Source: Candidatus Latescibacterota bacterium (lineage in GTDB: Bacteria > Latescibacterota > UBA2968 > UBA8231). From it: DNA of 64,000 nucleotides. This document shows positions 47,566 through 57,067 of this stretch, piece by piece. The translations under genes and the position numbers were made by a program. Position 1 is the stretch's first letter, and each line of letters opens with the position of its first letter. The DNA is taken from assembly GCA_965200315.1 (NCBI GenBank), contig OZ241362.1, positions 2,176,001-2,240,000 of the forward strand, read 5' to 3'. Under the pieces are notes generated by a model that worked only from the letters and a program-made list of their open reading frames with translations, had not been told where the DNA came from and did no database searches.

Positions 47566-48438
47566 ATGTCTATATTTTTTTCTGTTCTTGCTCTAGCGGC
47601 TTGTCTAAGTCTGGTCGCCTGTGGCGACGATGACGAGAAAGCACGGCTCTTAGAGGGGGTCGTAAAACGGTCGGCGTTGAACGACTCTCTCAAGAAGGAG
47701 ATAATCCAGTCCGAACTCGACAAAACCGCTTTAGAGGCCATAAGCGACAGCCTGAGTAAATTTGGGGACCTTCTCTTAGAAAAAAATAATCAGCTCAGCA
47801 ATGAATTGGAGAAAACCAAGCAAGAGGCCGACAAATACCGCCAAGACAACGAGCACTTGCAGCGGGAAATCGTCCAACTAGAGGAGGAGATTGGCCAACT
47901 AGAGGAGGATAAAGTTATCAGCGAGCAGGAAATACGTAGGCTAGCTGTTGCGATCGACAGTATTTCCGTAGATCGGGACCACCTAGTAGGAGCCAACCAA
48001 GAATTAAAAAGCAAACTGACAGAAATCAGGGAGACTCTCAATGCCGTCCACAGGGTTCAGAAATCGGTACGTCTTCTGGTAGGCACTGAGAAACTACTCA
48101 AAAGCAACCGCTTTCTCGAGACAGGGCGCCGTGTGACCCTACGCAAACAATACAAACGCAAACAATACAAATTGGTCGAAAAGATCGAAGGCGACGACTC
48201 TCGGATCAAAATTGTGCCCCTCAATCAGCAACTGGACTTGACGCTAAATTCAATTCCAGAAGCCCTAGTTGGCCGTTCGGGCAAGCTCAAACTAAAAGCA
48301 CTGGTCGACCGCCACGGCAAGCTCAAGGAAGGCCGCGATTACAAAATCAATAAAAGTAAGGGAACTACAAGCATCACCTTTATAAACCGCGTTTTAGAAG
48401 GGACGGCTGTGCTGGCCGTGGTCGAGGTCGAAGATTGA
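47566..48438 (+). CDS. Coiled-coil lipoprotein, hypothetical
   Basis: TAAGGAG RBS; LVAC lipobox; long heptad region; internal duplication RKQYKRKQYK. Confidence 0.75.
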   Translation: MSIFFSVLALAACLSLVACGDDDEKARLLEGVVKRSALNDSLKKEIIQSELDKTALEAISDSLSKFGDLLLEKNNQLSNELEKTKQEADKYRQDNEHLQREIVQLEEEIGQLEEDKVISEQEIRRLAVAIDSISVDRDHLVGANQELKSKLTEIRETLNAVHRVQKSVRLLVGTEKLLKSNRFLETGRRVTLRKQYKRKQYKLVEKIEGDDSRIKIVPLNQQLDLTLNSIPEALVGRSGKLKLKALVDRHGKLKEGRDYKINKSKGTTSITFINRVLEGTAVLAVVEVED

Positions 48439-48485
48439 GGAAGTTACCGAGGCTTGTAACTTAAAGAAGGTGAAGAGAGATCATA

Positions 48486-48857
48486 TTGAATAGAATCAAA
48501 CATATTACTGCTAGTCAGGGAGACTACTTCCGAATCGTCCCAGGCATTGCAATAAAGCAAGTGGGCAGTGCAGTTGATAGTGCCTTCTCTGAGCTTAAAA
48601 GCATCATGGATTCACAACAAGCGACGACTGAAATTCCTAATCGGGACCTTCCAGAGGTAATTGATGCACTAAAAAGAGTATGTCGCTTGGTTGCTCAAGA
48701 TGCTGATGAGGGTACACGTGGTATATTCCATAACATTGAACATACTTGCACACAGTTGTTGGAAGATTATTCCGTGCGTCCAGAAGAATCGCAGCCCGAT
48801 CAGGTTCTACAAGACACTGATGATCTACAACAACCTTCAGGAGTGGACGATGAATAA
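48486..48857 (+). CDS. Hypothetical protein
   Basis: 123-aa ORF in an operon-like array, overlapping the next start; no motifs recognised. Confidence 0.5.
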   Translation: MNRIKHITASQGDYFRIVPGIAIKQVGSAVDSAFSELKSIMDSQQATTEIPNRDLPEVIDALKRVCRLVAQDADEGTRGIFHNIEHTCTQLLEDYSVRPEESQPDQVLQDTDDLQQPSGVDDE

Positions 48858-49257
48858 TCAAAATAGTCCTACGCCCGAAATTTTGACCTCTCAAATGGGT
48901 CTGAACTGGAAGAGGTGTTATGGCGATGTCTGGTGTATGCTTAATGCTGTAAACCTTGATCACGAGTATTTCAATAAAGATATCTCTGATATCTATATAA
49001 TTTGGCATGGGGGTACAAGTAGTATAAAGCCTAGGGTGGTATACGTCGGTCAGGGGAACATCAAGGATCGCATAATGCACCATCGGCAGAACCCAGAGAT
49101 ACAAAATTATGAGTATCTAGGGCTTTATGTCACTTGGGCAAGGGTATCCGAGAAGTATCGAGATGGTGTAGAAGCGTACTTGGCCGATAAATGGGATCCC
49201 ATTGTCGGCGAATACTATCCAGAAGTCCTGCCCATAGAGGTGAACTCGCCGTGGTAG
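48850..49257 (+). CDS. Small GIY-YIG nuclease-superfamily protein
   Basis: DIYIIW...VVYVGQG.IKDRIMHH...GVEAYL matches the GIY-YIG-R-E pattern; ATG at 48850 with GGAG RBS. Confidence 0.7.
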   Translation: MNNQNSPTPEILTSQMGLNWKRCYGDVWCMLNAVNLDHEYFNKDISDIYIIWHGGTSSIKPRVVYVGQGNIKDRIMHHRQNPEIQNYEYLGLYVTWARVSEKYRDGVEAYLADKWDPIVGEYYPEVLPIEVNSPW

Positions 49258-49277
49258 TCATTCGGCTTTTGAACTAG

Positions 49278-49547
49278 CTGAGTCCCAGAATTATCAGAGC
49301 AGGCAGTCTCATTTTTTGGTTTCACAGTTTTGATGCGCTTCACGAGAACCGAGCTAGTGTTCATGTAGGGAAGGGGACGCAAGATGACCACAATGATGCC
49401 AGAATCTAGATCGAACCTACTATCCAGATCGCACGTTCTGGCCGCGTCCTGAGACCACATGAATTAAACCGAGCACTGAAGATCATTGAGCAAAACCAAG
49501 TGTATTTATTGGAGGCATGGTATGAATACAGAGGTAAAACAAACTGA
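49278..49547 (+). pseudogene. DUF4160-family gene with in-frame amber stop and non-ATG (CTG) start
   Basis: Translates SPRIIRAGSLIFWFHSFDALHENRASVHV...ARI*IEP...IIEQNQVYLLEAWYEY; TAG at 49407-49409 where Trp is expected. Confidence 0.75.
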
Positions 49548-49860
49548 AGAACGGATTAAAGTGAAAAGATATGAGATTCCATATCCGGTTTCTGCATATA
49601 CCTTTCCTCAAGAAGCCTCTATTCGCCATGTGCGCTTTGACGATGTGCATATTCACATCGAATTAGCGGATGGACGCATTCTTTTGGTGCCCCTGCAATG
49701 GATTCCGACGCTCTATCACGCATCGCCCGATGAACGAGAAAAATACGAGATTAATCCAAGCCGCACGACGCTCTTGTGGGATGCCGACAAGTGCGATATT
49801 AACGACGAACTCCATATTGCGGACTATCTCGGCTCTGGTAGATCGAAAAACGGAGCCTAA
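49522..49860 (+). CDS. DUF2442-family protein (partner of DUF4160, putative TA module)
   Basis: IELADGRILLVPLQWIPTLYHASPDEREKYEI...LLWD..INDEL; GGAGG RBS. Confidence 0.82.
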   Translation: MNTEVKQTEERIKVKRYEIPYPVSAYTFPQEASIRHVRFDDVHIHIELADGRILLVPLQWIPTLYHASPDEREKYEINPSRTTLLWDADKCDINDELHIADYLGSGRSKNGA

Positions 49861-49918
49861 AAATTTGAGGACAGTCGCATTGGAGAATGATTCATCACCT
49901 CGCCAAGAAAGCCAAATC

Positions 49919-50692
49919 ATGCCTACATCATCTCATCGCTTATTCGCCTTGCTGTGCGCCGCCCTGCTCGCCAGCGGCTGCGGCCACAAACTCGGCTACC
50001 GCCACTTTGCCGGCCCCATACTGCCGGCCACTAATTTGGCAGGGGCAGATTTCGTCGTCCGCGACGACCACAGCATCACCTTCGTCAAAAACCGCTTGGA
50101 AGTGAGCATGTTGCCGCTGACCGTGGCCATGCTCAATCGGCAGCTAAGCGGCCACTCGCAGCGGCCGGAGGGCTTTCACGATCCCAACCCCTATCTCGCG
50201 CCGGTCAATCCCTACACCTATGGAGACTGGAAACCGGGGTGGGAAGCGGAGCATCCCACCCGCTTTACGGTCTTTCTGCTCAAGGTAAAGAACTACGCGT
50301 ACCCCAAGGTGTGGCTCAATCCCTACTCCATAGAGATCGCCAGCGCCAATGGCCGGCGCTACCAAGCCTTCACCCGGCTAGCGCTAGACGAGTACTTTGC
50401 CCCGTATGCCCTAGGCTATGCGGGCAATACCTTCCTCCCCTTCCGCGAGCGGCGCGACCTGTTGACCCGCACCATGTATCCAGAAGACGAGATGATCTTC
50501 AGCGGCCAAGAACGCGAAGGCTTCATCGCCTTCGCCCCGCTGGCTAATGATGTCGAAGCACTTGAAGTGCGGATCCCGGAGATAGTACTGCGCTTCGACT
50601 ACCGAGATCAGCCGATAGAGACCATAGACATCGCCTATCCATTTACGCGCGAAGTGTACTTGGCCAAGCAACGCCGCGCCGAGGAACTCTAA
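49919..50692 (+). CDS. Uncharacterised lipoprotein
   Basis: LLASGC lipobox; stop overlaps the PPIase start (TAATG). Confidence 0.7.
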   Translation: MPTSSHRLFALLCAALLASGCGHKLGYRHFAGPILPATNLAGADFVVRDDHSITFVKNRLEVSMLPLTVAMLNRQLSGHSQRPEGFHDPNPYLAPVNPYTYGDWKPGWEAEHPTRFTVFLLKVKNYAYPKVWLNPYSIEIASANGRRYQAFTRLALDEYFAPYALGYAGNTFLPFRERRDLLTRTMYPEDEMIFSGQEREGFIAFAPLANDVEALEVRIPEIVLRFDYRDQPIETIDIAYPFTREVYLAKQRRAEEL

Positions 50693-52377
50693 TGGTGCTC
50701 GCTCGGGTCGTTATCGGAGGCATCCTCGCGTCGCTGTGGTGGAGTGGCTGCGAACCGCAAGTAGATGGCGATGTGGTCGCCAAGGTAGGCGACGAAGAAA
50801 TCGAACTCGCAGACCTGCGCCAGTTCCGCGAAGAATCCACCGCCAATTACCGCGACCCCGAAGCGGGCCTCGAGGCGTGGCGTTTCTACTTGCAGACGAT
50901 GATCGACATGAAACTGATGCTCATCGCGGCACAGGAGCGGCAGCTAGATCAGACGGTGGAGTTCGTGCGCCAATGGGAGCGGGAACGGCGCAAGAAACTG
51001 GTCGATGAGTACGCCGTACGGACCATTCTCGCTGATGTCGATCTCGCCGTAGAAGGTATGCGGCAGGAGTTTGCGACGAGTAAATGGAATCGGATGTTGC
51101 GCCTAGCCCATATCCGCACCGCCAGCGAGACAGAAGCCCAAAAGGCCATGCGCGACTTGGAGCAGGGGTGGAATTTTGCCGAGGTGGCTCGCAGGTATTC
51201 TATAGCGCCAACAGCCGCCCACGGCGGGGTAATCGATGCTTGGTATGGACGCGGCAACTTGGAGGAGATGGGCCTGCCCCTAGATGTGGGAGAGCAGATA
51301 TTCGACCTACAGGTTGAGGACTTGAGTCAACCCTTACTGGTGGGGGAACACTACGAAATTTTCAAGGTCCTGTCCCAAGGCCCAGCACCGACTCACTACC
51401 GAGCAGCCTTCTTGCGCGAGCAGTACTGGAACGAGTTTCGCACCCGCTGGAATGAGCTGATCGCCCAACTCAAAGACCGGCTAAACGCCCAGCTAGATGG
51501 CGAGGCGATCCAGTTGCTGGTCGCTAGAATGGCCGAATCCGATGGTCGCGGGATGCTGTTGGGTCCCGAAGAACAGGAAGTGATCCTCTGCCGCTTCAAG
51601 GGCGGGCAGGTAACGCTGTGGGATTTCGCCGAAACCTATAACGCCTATTGGTTCATCCGCTCGGTCTCCTTCGACAGCAGCGGGATTGCCGAGTTCGTCC
51701 ACCGGGACCTCTTGCCGCGCACCCTCGTCTATCAAGCGGCTTTGCAGGAAGGCTTAGACCAAGATTCGACCATAGCAGCTTGGTTGCAGGACAAGAAAAA
51801 ATCACTGCTGCTCGAAGCCCTGCGGAGGGAGGACGTCGTCGAGCAGACCGAAGTCGATAGCGCCATGGCCCGCCAGTACTACGACGACCATCCTCAACAG
51901 TTCATGGAGCTAGAAGAGATTCAGGTGGTGGAAGCACTGCTGGCGACCCGCGCCGAAGCGGAACAGCTCTTGCAGCGGGTCCGCGCTGGCGAACCCCTAG
52001 AAACGCTGGCCGCCCGCCACACGCTGCGCACGGATACCGAGGGTGGGCATGGGCAATACCACATCCACAATCACCCCTCCGAGCGGCGGGTTTTCGGTGC
52101 CTTTTACGATTCGGTGGTCGCCGCGCCGGTGGGCGTGCTCACCGGCCCGGTGGCTCTCGACGAAGGCTATTCGATCTTCGAGGTGCGGGAGCGCATTCCC
52201 CCGCGTCCTACGCCTTTTGCACAGGCGGCTTCGCGGGCGCGGTGGTGGGTTCAGAAGCAGCAAGAAAAGACCCTCTTCGACTCCTTGTTCACCCGGCTCA
52301 GGAATCAATACGCCGATCGGGTTGTGGTATTTGAGGAGCAGTTGGGCAAACTAGACTCTAGCCCCGCTAGCCCATGA
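50692..52377 (+). CDS. PpiC-type peptidyl-prolyl isomerase lipoprotein (SurA/PrsA-like); paralogue of 24961-26889
   Basis: WSGC lipobox; LAHIRT...GWNFAEVARRYS..AAHGG; second rotamase-like domain. Confidence 0.82.
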   Translation: MVLARVVIGGILASLWWSGCEPQVDGDVVAKVGDEEIELADLRQFREESTANYRDPEAGLEAWRFYLQTMIDMKLMLIAAQERQLDQTVEFVRQWERERRKKLVDEYAVRTILADVDLAVEGMRQEFATSKWNRMLRLAHIRTASETEAQKAMRDLEQGWNFAEVARRYSIAPTAAHGGVIDAWYGRGNLEEMGLPLDVGEQIFDLQVEDLSQPLLVGEHYEIFKVLSQGPAPTHYRAAFLREQYWNEFRTRWNELIAQLKDRLNAQLDGEAIQLLVARMAESDGRGMLLGPEEQEVILCRFKGGQVTLWDFAETYNAYWFIRSVSFDSSGIAEFVHRDLLPRTLVYQAALQEGLDQDSTIAAWLQDKKKSLLLEALRREDVVEQTEVDSAMARQYYDDHPQQFMELEEIQVVEALLATRAEAEQLLQRVRAGEPLETLAARHTLRTDTEGGHGQYHIHNHPSERRVFGAFYDSVVAAPVGVLTGPVALDEGYSIFEVRERIPPRPTPFAQAASRARWWVQKQQEKTLFDSLFTRLRNQYADRVVVFEEQLGKLDSSPASP

Positions 52378-52434
52378 CATCACTCGTCGGGGCAACCCAC
52401 GCTCACCTCAGCTTCTCTGCTTTCTACTAGTTTC

Positions 52435-54081
52435 GTGGCCGCGGTTTTGTCTTTGTGGGTGCTGCTCGTCGTGGGCAGCGCGGGATGCGGGCCAGCGGAG
52501 CCGGAGATCGGACCGGCATTTGTCGAGGTCGCACAGGAGGCGGGCATTGAATTCCACCATCAGAATGGGGCGAGCGGGCGCTACTACTATGTGGAAACCT
52601 ATGGGTCGGGCGCGGCCTTCCTCGACTACGACAACGACGGCGACCAAGACCTCTATGCAGTCAACAGCGCGTCGCTGCCGGGTTTTGCCGCCGAAGACGT
52701 CCCTATCAACGCGTTCTATCACAACCGAGGCGATGGCACCTTCGCGGATGTGACGGCGCAAACGCAGACGGGGCACCCGGGTTATGGCATGGGTGCTTGC
52801 GTCGGAGACATCGACAACGACGGGCACGTGGATCTGTACGTGACCAACTTTGGCCCCAACGTCCTCTATCGCAATCAGGGCGACGGAACCTTTGCCGATC
52901 AAACCGCCGACGCCGGGGTCGGCGATCCTCGCCTGAGCACTAGCTCGGCATTGGCCGACATCGACAACGACGGCGATCTAGACCTCTATGTGGCCAACAA
53001 CGTCTCCGTTGACTTAGCGTCCGACGAAGGATGTCGCCAAGGGGAGATCCCGGTCTATTGCGCCCCCACCCAGTACAAAGGAGAATCCGGTGCCCTTTTC
53101 CGCAACGATCAGGGCGGAAAGTTCGCCGATATTACCCGACCAGCCGGCGTGTACAGCGAGGCCGGCCGCCAGTTGGGCGTCGTATTTGGCGACTACGACA
53201 ACGACGGCGACGCGGACCTGTATGTGGCCAACGACATGAAGGCCAATTTCCTCTTTCGCAACGACGGCGCGGCGCGGTTCGCCGAAGTGGGATTGAGCGC
53301 GGGGGTGGCGCTCAGCGAGAGCGCTCGTCCCGAGGCCGGCATGGGCACGGACTTTGGCGACTGCGACCGGGACGGCGACTTGGATATAGTAGTTTGCAAC
53401 TTCCAGTGGGAAAGCTGCCGCCTCTATCGCAACGACAGCGACGGCACCTTTGCCGACCTGAGCTTTCCGTCGGGGTTGGGCGAGCCTACGCTTTCGACTT
53501 TGACCTTCGGCACGGATTTTTTCGACTACGACAACGACGGCGACCTAGATCTTTATCTGGCCAATGGCCACGTCCATCCACAAGTGCAGGCGTTCGACCA
53601 AGCCGCGTCCTATCCGCAGCCGGACCAACTCTTTGCCAACGACGGGGCTGGACGGTTTGCGCTCGTGTCGACTACGGCCTTGGGTGGAGTCGGACGGGGC
53701 GCGGCGTTTGCCGACTACGACAACGACGGCGATCTGGACGCTTTTGTCTCCAACAACAATCAACGGGCATTCTTGCTGCGCAACGACAGCGGCCAGCGCA
53801 ACCACTGGATCGCCTTTAAAACCGTAGGCCGGGTCAGCAACCGGGACGGGATTGGGGCGGTGATCCGGGTGGTAAGCGGCGATTTAGTGCAGGTTGAGGA
53901 GGTGCGCAGCGGCAGCAGCTATCTTTCGCAAAACGATCTGCGAGTGTACTTCGGCTTGGGCCAGCGGCAACGGGTGGATCGCGTCCAGATCCGTTGGCCC
54001 AGCGGGATCGTGCAGACGCTCTTACAAGTGCCCATCGACCAGATCCACCAAGTGGAAGAACCTTCTCCTTCCTCCGGCTAG
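52435..54081 (+). CDS. CRTAC1-family protein (FG-GAP plus ASPIC/UnbV)
   Basis: DYDNDGDxD repeats; SNRDGIGA...GSSYLSQNDLRVYFGLG...IRWPSG. Confidence 0.92.
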   Translation: MAAVLSLWVLLVVGSAGCGPAEPEIGPAFVEVAQEAGIEFHHQNGASGRYYYVETYGSGAAFLDYDNDGDQDLYAVNSASLPGFAAEDVPINAFYHNRGDGTFADVTAQTQTGHPGYGMGACVGDIDNDGHVDLYVTNFGPNVLYRNQGDGTFADQTADAGVGDPRLSTSSALADIDNDGDLDLYVANNVSVDLASDEGCRQGEIPVYCAPTQYKGESGALFRNDQGGKFADITRPAGVYSEAGRQLGVVFGDYDNDGDADLYVANDMKANFLFRNDGAARFAEVGLSAGVALSESARPEAGMGTDFGDCDRDGDLDIVVCNFQWESCRLYRNDSDGTFADLSFPSGLGEPTLSTLTFGTDFFDYDNDGDLDLYLANGHVHPQVQAFDQAASYPQPDQLFANDGAGRFALVSTTALGGVGRGAAFADYDNDGDLDAFVSNNNQRAFLLRNDSGQRNHWIAFKTVGRVSNRDGIGAVIRVVSGDLVQVEEVRSGSSYLSQNDLRVYFGLGQRQRVDRVQIRWPSGIVQTLLQVPIDQIHQVEEPSPSSG

Positions 54082-54132
54082 CTTCTGCGCCCATCTGCGG
54101 ATTATCTTATGGATGAGGTAGGATTGTATAGC

Positions 54133-55659
54133 ATGAGCAACCAGTCGAAAAGAACCAGAGCGTACCGCTGGGCCGTTATCTGCCTGCCGGCCCTGCTCAA
54201 CGGGTGTACACCCGCCGAAGAAAGCCTAGTCGAGCGAGAGGTTCGCTATCAGCACCAGATCGCGGAAGATCCGACGGATGCTGAGTCTCATTACGCGCTC
54301 GGCCAAGTGTACCACGAACAGGCGCGTTACCCCGAGGCCCTACAGTTGTTTCGCCTAGCCCAAGCGCTGGATTCCACCCACACCGGAGCGCAAGTGGGGA
54401 TCGGCAACATCCTGTTCAGGGGGGGCGAATTAGATCGAGCCTCACAAGCATACCAACAGGCCGTGCAGGGATGTGCCGATTGCGCGGACGCGCACCGGGG
54501 GCTGGGGGCCGTCTATCTGCGTCAGCGGCGCTTTGCCCAAGCCCGCCAAGCCTACCAACAGGCGCTTTTAAGTGAGCCAGACCATGCCCCTTCGCACTAC
54601 AATATCGGTGCGGCCTTCGGCCAAGAAGGCGCGTATCAAGAGGCGGCGGCGGCGATGGAACAGGCCATTGCTAGCGACTCTAAGTACCTCTTGGCGTACA
54701 CCGCGCTGGGCGATGTGTACTGCCTCAAGCTGGGGCAGTGCGAAAAGGCCGCCACACTCCTCGCACGGGCCGTGACCTTGCAACCGACGGCAGTCGCCCC
54801 CCGGATCGGCTTGGGGCGGGCCCACCTCCGCCTAGGAAGGTACGAGGAGGCCGCGGCGAGCTTTGAGGCCGCCATTGCCGCGGATTCGACGGCCGCAACA
54901 GCCTTTAACTGGCTCGGGGTAGCCCACACCAAGTTGGGGCAATACGAGCCTGCGGTCCAAGCTCTGCGCCGCGCCATTCGTCTCGATATGCTCAACCCAC
55001 AAGCCTATTACAACCTATCCCAGACCTACCAGAAACAGGGCAAGGCCAAGGCTAGCGAAGAGGCCCTGCGCGCCTTCAACCGCATTGATGTGTACTCTGG
55101 GGACATCCTCCGGTGGAAAACAATCCTCAACGGCAACCCGCACGATGCGATGGCGCTCTTTGAACTGGGCCGGATCTATGCTCGACTGGGCGTCTCAAAA
55201 GAAGCAGCCGCGTCCTTCCAACGCACGCTGACGATCAACCCCGCCCATGCGCCGGCTTGGCACAATCTAGGCAATGCCTACGCCCGCCTCGACCGCTTGG
55301 ACGAGGCTATCGCCGCCTTCCGCCAAGCACTGGCGCTGGACGAAGAGTACGCTCTCGCTTGGTATAACCTCGGCAATGCCCATTTTGCCAAAGGAGAACT
55401 AGCACAAGCCCGCAAGGCATTCACCACGGCGCTCAATCACCGGGAAGGATACGCAGACGCCTACCACGGCCTCGGGGGAGTGGCGCTGCGCGAAGGGGCA
55501 GCCGAGGAGGCATTGGGCCACTTTCGCACGGTCTTGGCGGCAGATTCGAGCTATGTCCGCGCCCATTACGGCTTGGCCTTGGCCTACCGGGCGCTCGGCG
55601 ACTCCCTGCGCACGGTGCAGGCACTGAAGCACTTCAAGCGGCTGCGCGGTGGGCCGTAA
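54133..55659 (+). CDS. Tetratricopeptide-repeat lipoprotein
   Basis: LLNGC lipobox; many TPR units (AHxxLG..Y...A..AF..AL..P). Confidence 0.88.
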   Translation: MSNQSKRTRAYRWAVICLPALLNGCTPAEESLVEREVRYQHQIAEDPTDAESHYALGQVYHEQARYPEALQLFRLAQALDSTHTGAQVGIGNILFRGGELDRASQAYQQAVQGCADCADAHRGLGAVYLRQRRFAQARQAYQQALLSEPDHAPSHYNIGAAFGQEGAYQEAAAAMEQAIASDSKYLLAYTALGDVYCLKLGQCEKAATLLARAVTLQPTAVAPRIGLGRAHLRLGRYEEAAASFEAAIAADSTAATAFNWLGVAHTKLGQYEPAVQALRRAIRLDMLNPQAYYNLSQTYQKQGKAKASEEALRAFNRIDVYSGDILRWKTILNGNPHDAMALFELGRIYARLGVSKEAAASFQRTLTINPAHAPAWHNLGNAYARLDRLDEAIAAFRQALALDEEYALAWYNLGNAHFAKGELAQARKAFTTALNHREGYADAYHGLGGVALREGAAEEALGHFRTVLAADSSYVRAHYGLALAYRALGDSLRTVQALKHFKRLRGGP

Positions 55660-55660
55660 C

Positions 55661-56890
55661 ATGCGGTCTATGCTGGCCTTGACTTTTGTCGCGCTGTCTT
55701 GCGCCACAGAACCGTCGGTGCTAACACGAAGCGCATGGCCGTCCGCTTGGCGGAGATCGCGCAGAATTTGAACCCCACCATTACAACGCGGCGCGGGTAG
55801 AGTACCTCAAGCTCTTGCCGCAGCCATCCGATACCGCCGGCCACCTGCGCACCCGTGCCTATCTGGCGCGGGAACGATTGAGCACCGGCCAGAGCCAAGC
55901 CGCCATTGACGAGTTTGAAGAGCTCCAGCCGCAGCTACTACAAGTCGATCTCAGACTGACCCCAGACGTGCGCGTTCTGCTGGGGCTGTCCTATATGCGC
56001 CTAGGGGAGCAGGAAAACTGTCTCGCTCGGCACGCGACGGTCGCGTGTCTTTTGCCGATTGGCAGCGACGGAATCCACGCCATTGAGCGGGGGTCGCGGG
56101 CGGCGCGGGCGGAATTTGCCGCGTATTTGGCAGAGCACCCAGACGACCTCACCGTTCGCTGGCTTTTGCAGATACCATTACGAGGCCAGCGCCGCCGACT
56201 ATCTGGGGCTGGCGACCGCGGCCGAGCGTCCCCGCCTGTACCGCAACAAGGGCGACGAGACCTTTGCCGAGCGCAGCGCGGAGGAGGGCGTTGACAAAGT
56301 GCTCTATGCGATGGGTTGCGATTTCGGCGACCTTGACAACGGCGGTTGGCTGGATTTTTACGTCGGCATGGGGTCGCCTTCGCTCCGCTCGGTCATGCCC
56401 AGCCGCATGTTCCGCAATGCCGCCGGGCGCTTCCGGCGGCTTCGGCCATCTGCAAAAGGGGCACGGCGTGGCTTTTGGCGACCTCGACAACGACGGCGAC
56501 CAAGATATCTATGCGGTTATGGGCGGGGCCTATACTGGGGACGTGTTCCAGAACGTCCTCTTTGAAAACCCCGGGCACGGCAACCACTGGATCGCGCTTC
56601 TATTGGAAGGAGTACAATCCAATCGCGCCGCCTTGGGAGCGCACATCAGAGTCCAAGTCGCAACTGTGGAGGGAACGAGGAATATCTACGCCACCGTCGA
56701 CACGGGGGCCAGCTTCGGCGGATCGAGTCTGCAACAGGAGATCGGTCTGGGACAAGCCACGGCCCTCGAAGCCGTCGAAGTTACCTAGCCAGCCACGGAC
56801 GCACGGCAACTGTTTACCGGCCTCGAAATGGATCAGTACTACAGCATCCGCGAAGGCGACCGGACGCCGGTCCGGCTCGACCGCCGCTGG
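55661..56890 (+). pseudogene. Fragmented CRTAC1-family gene (frameshifts, internal deletion, amber stop)
   Basis: Pieces in different frames: YMRLGEQENC; RLYRNKGD..GDLDNGGWLD; GHGVAFGDLDNDGDQD..SFGGSSLQQEIGLG; VT*P with TAG at 56786-56788. Confidence 0.82.
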
Positions 56891-57067
56891 TCATGCAGGC
56901 TGCGGTGGGAGACCGCGCTATAGCAATGCGGAATGATCGAACGGTTCGAGATGCGGATCGCCTTGTTTACTATTCTGCGTCCATCTGCGGATCATCTTGT
57001 GAATTAGGTGCCCTGCATGACGCAGCCGTCCGTTTAAGCTAGGCCGCATCTAGGCCGCCGAAGAATT

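Noticed and set aside
49407-56788. Two TAG codons at expected Trp positions suggesting amber recoding
   Set aside because: TAG ends several intact genes here (e.g. 30133, 46781, 54081), both affected genes carry other lesions, and TGG>TAG is a simple transition.
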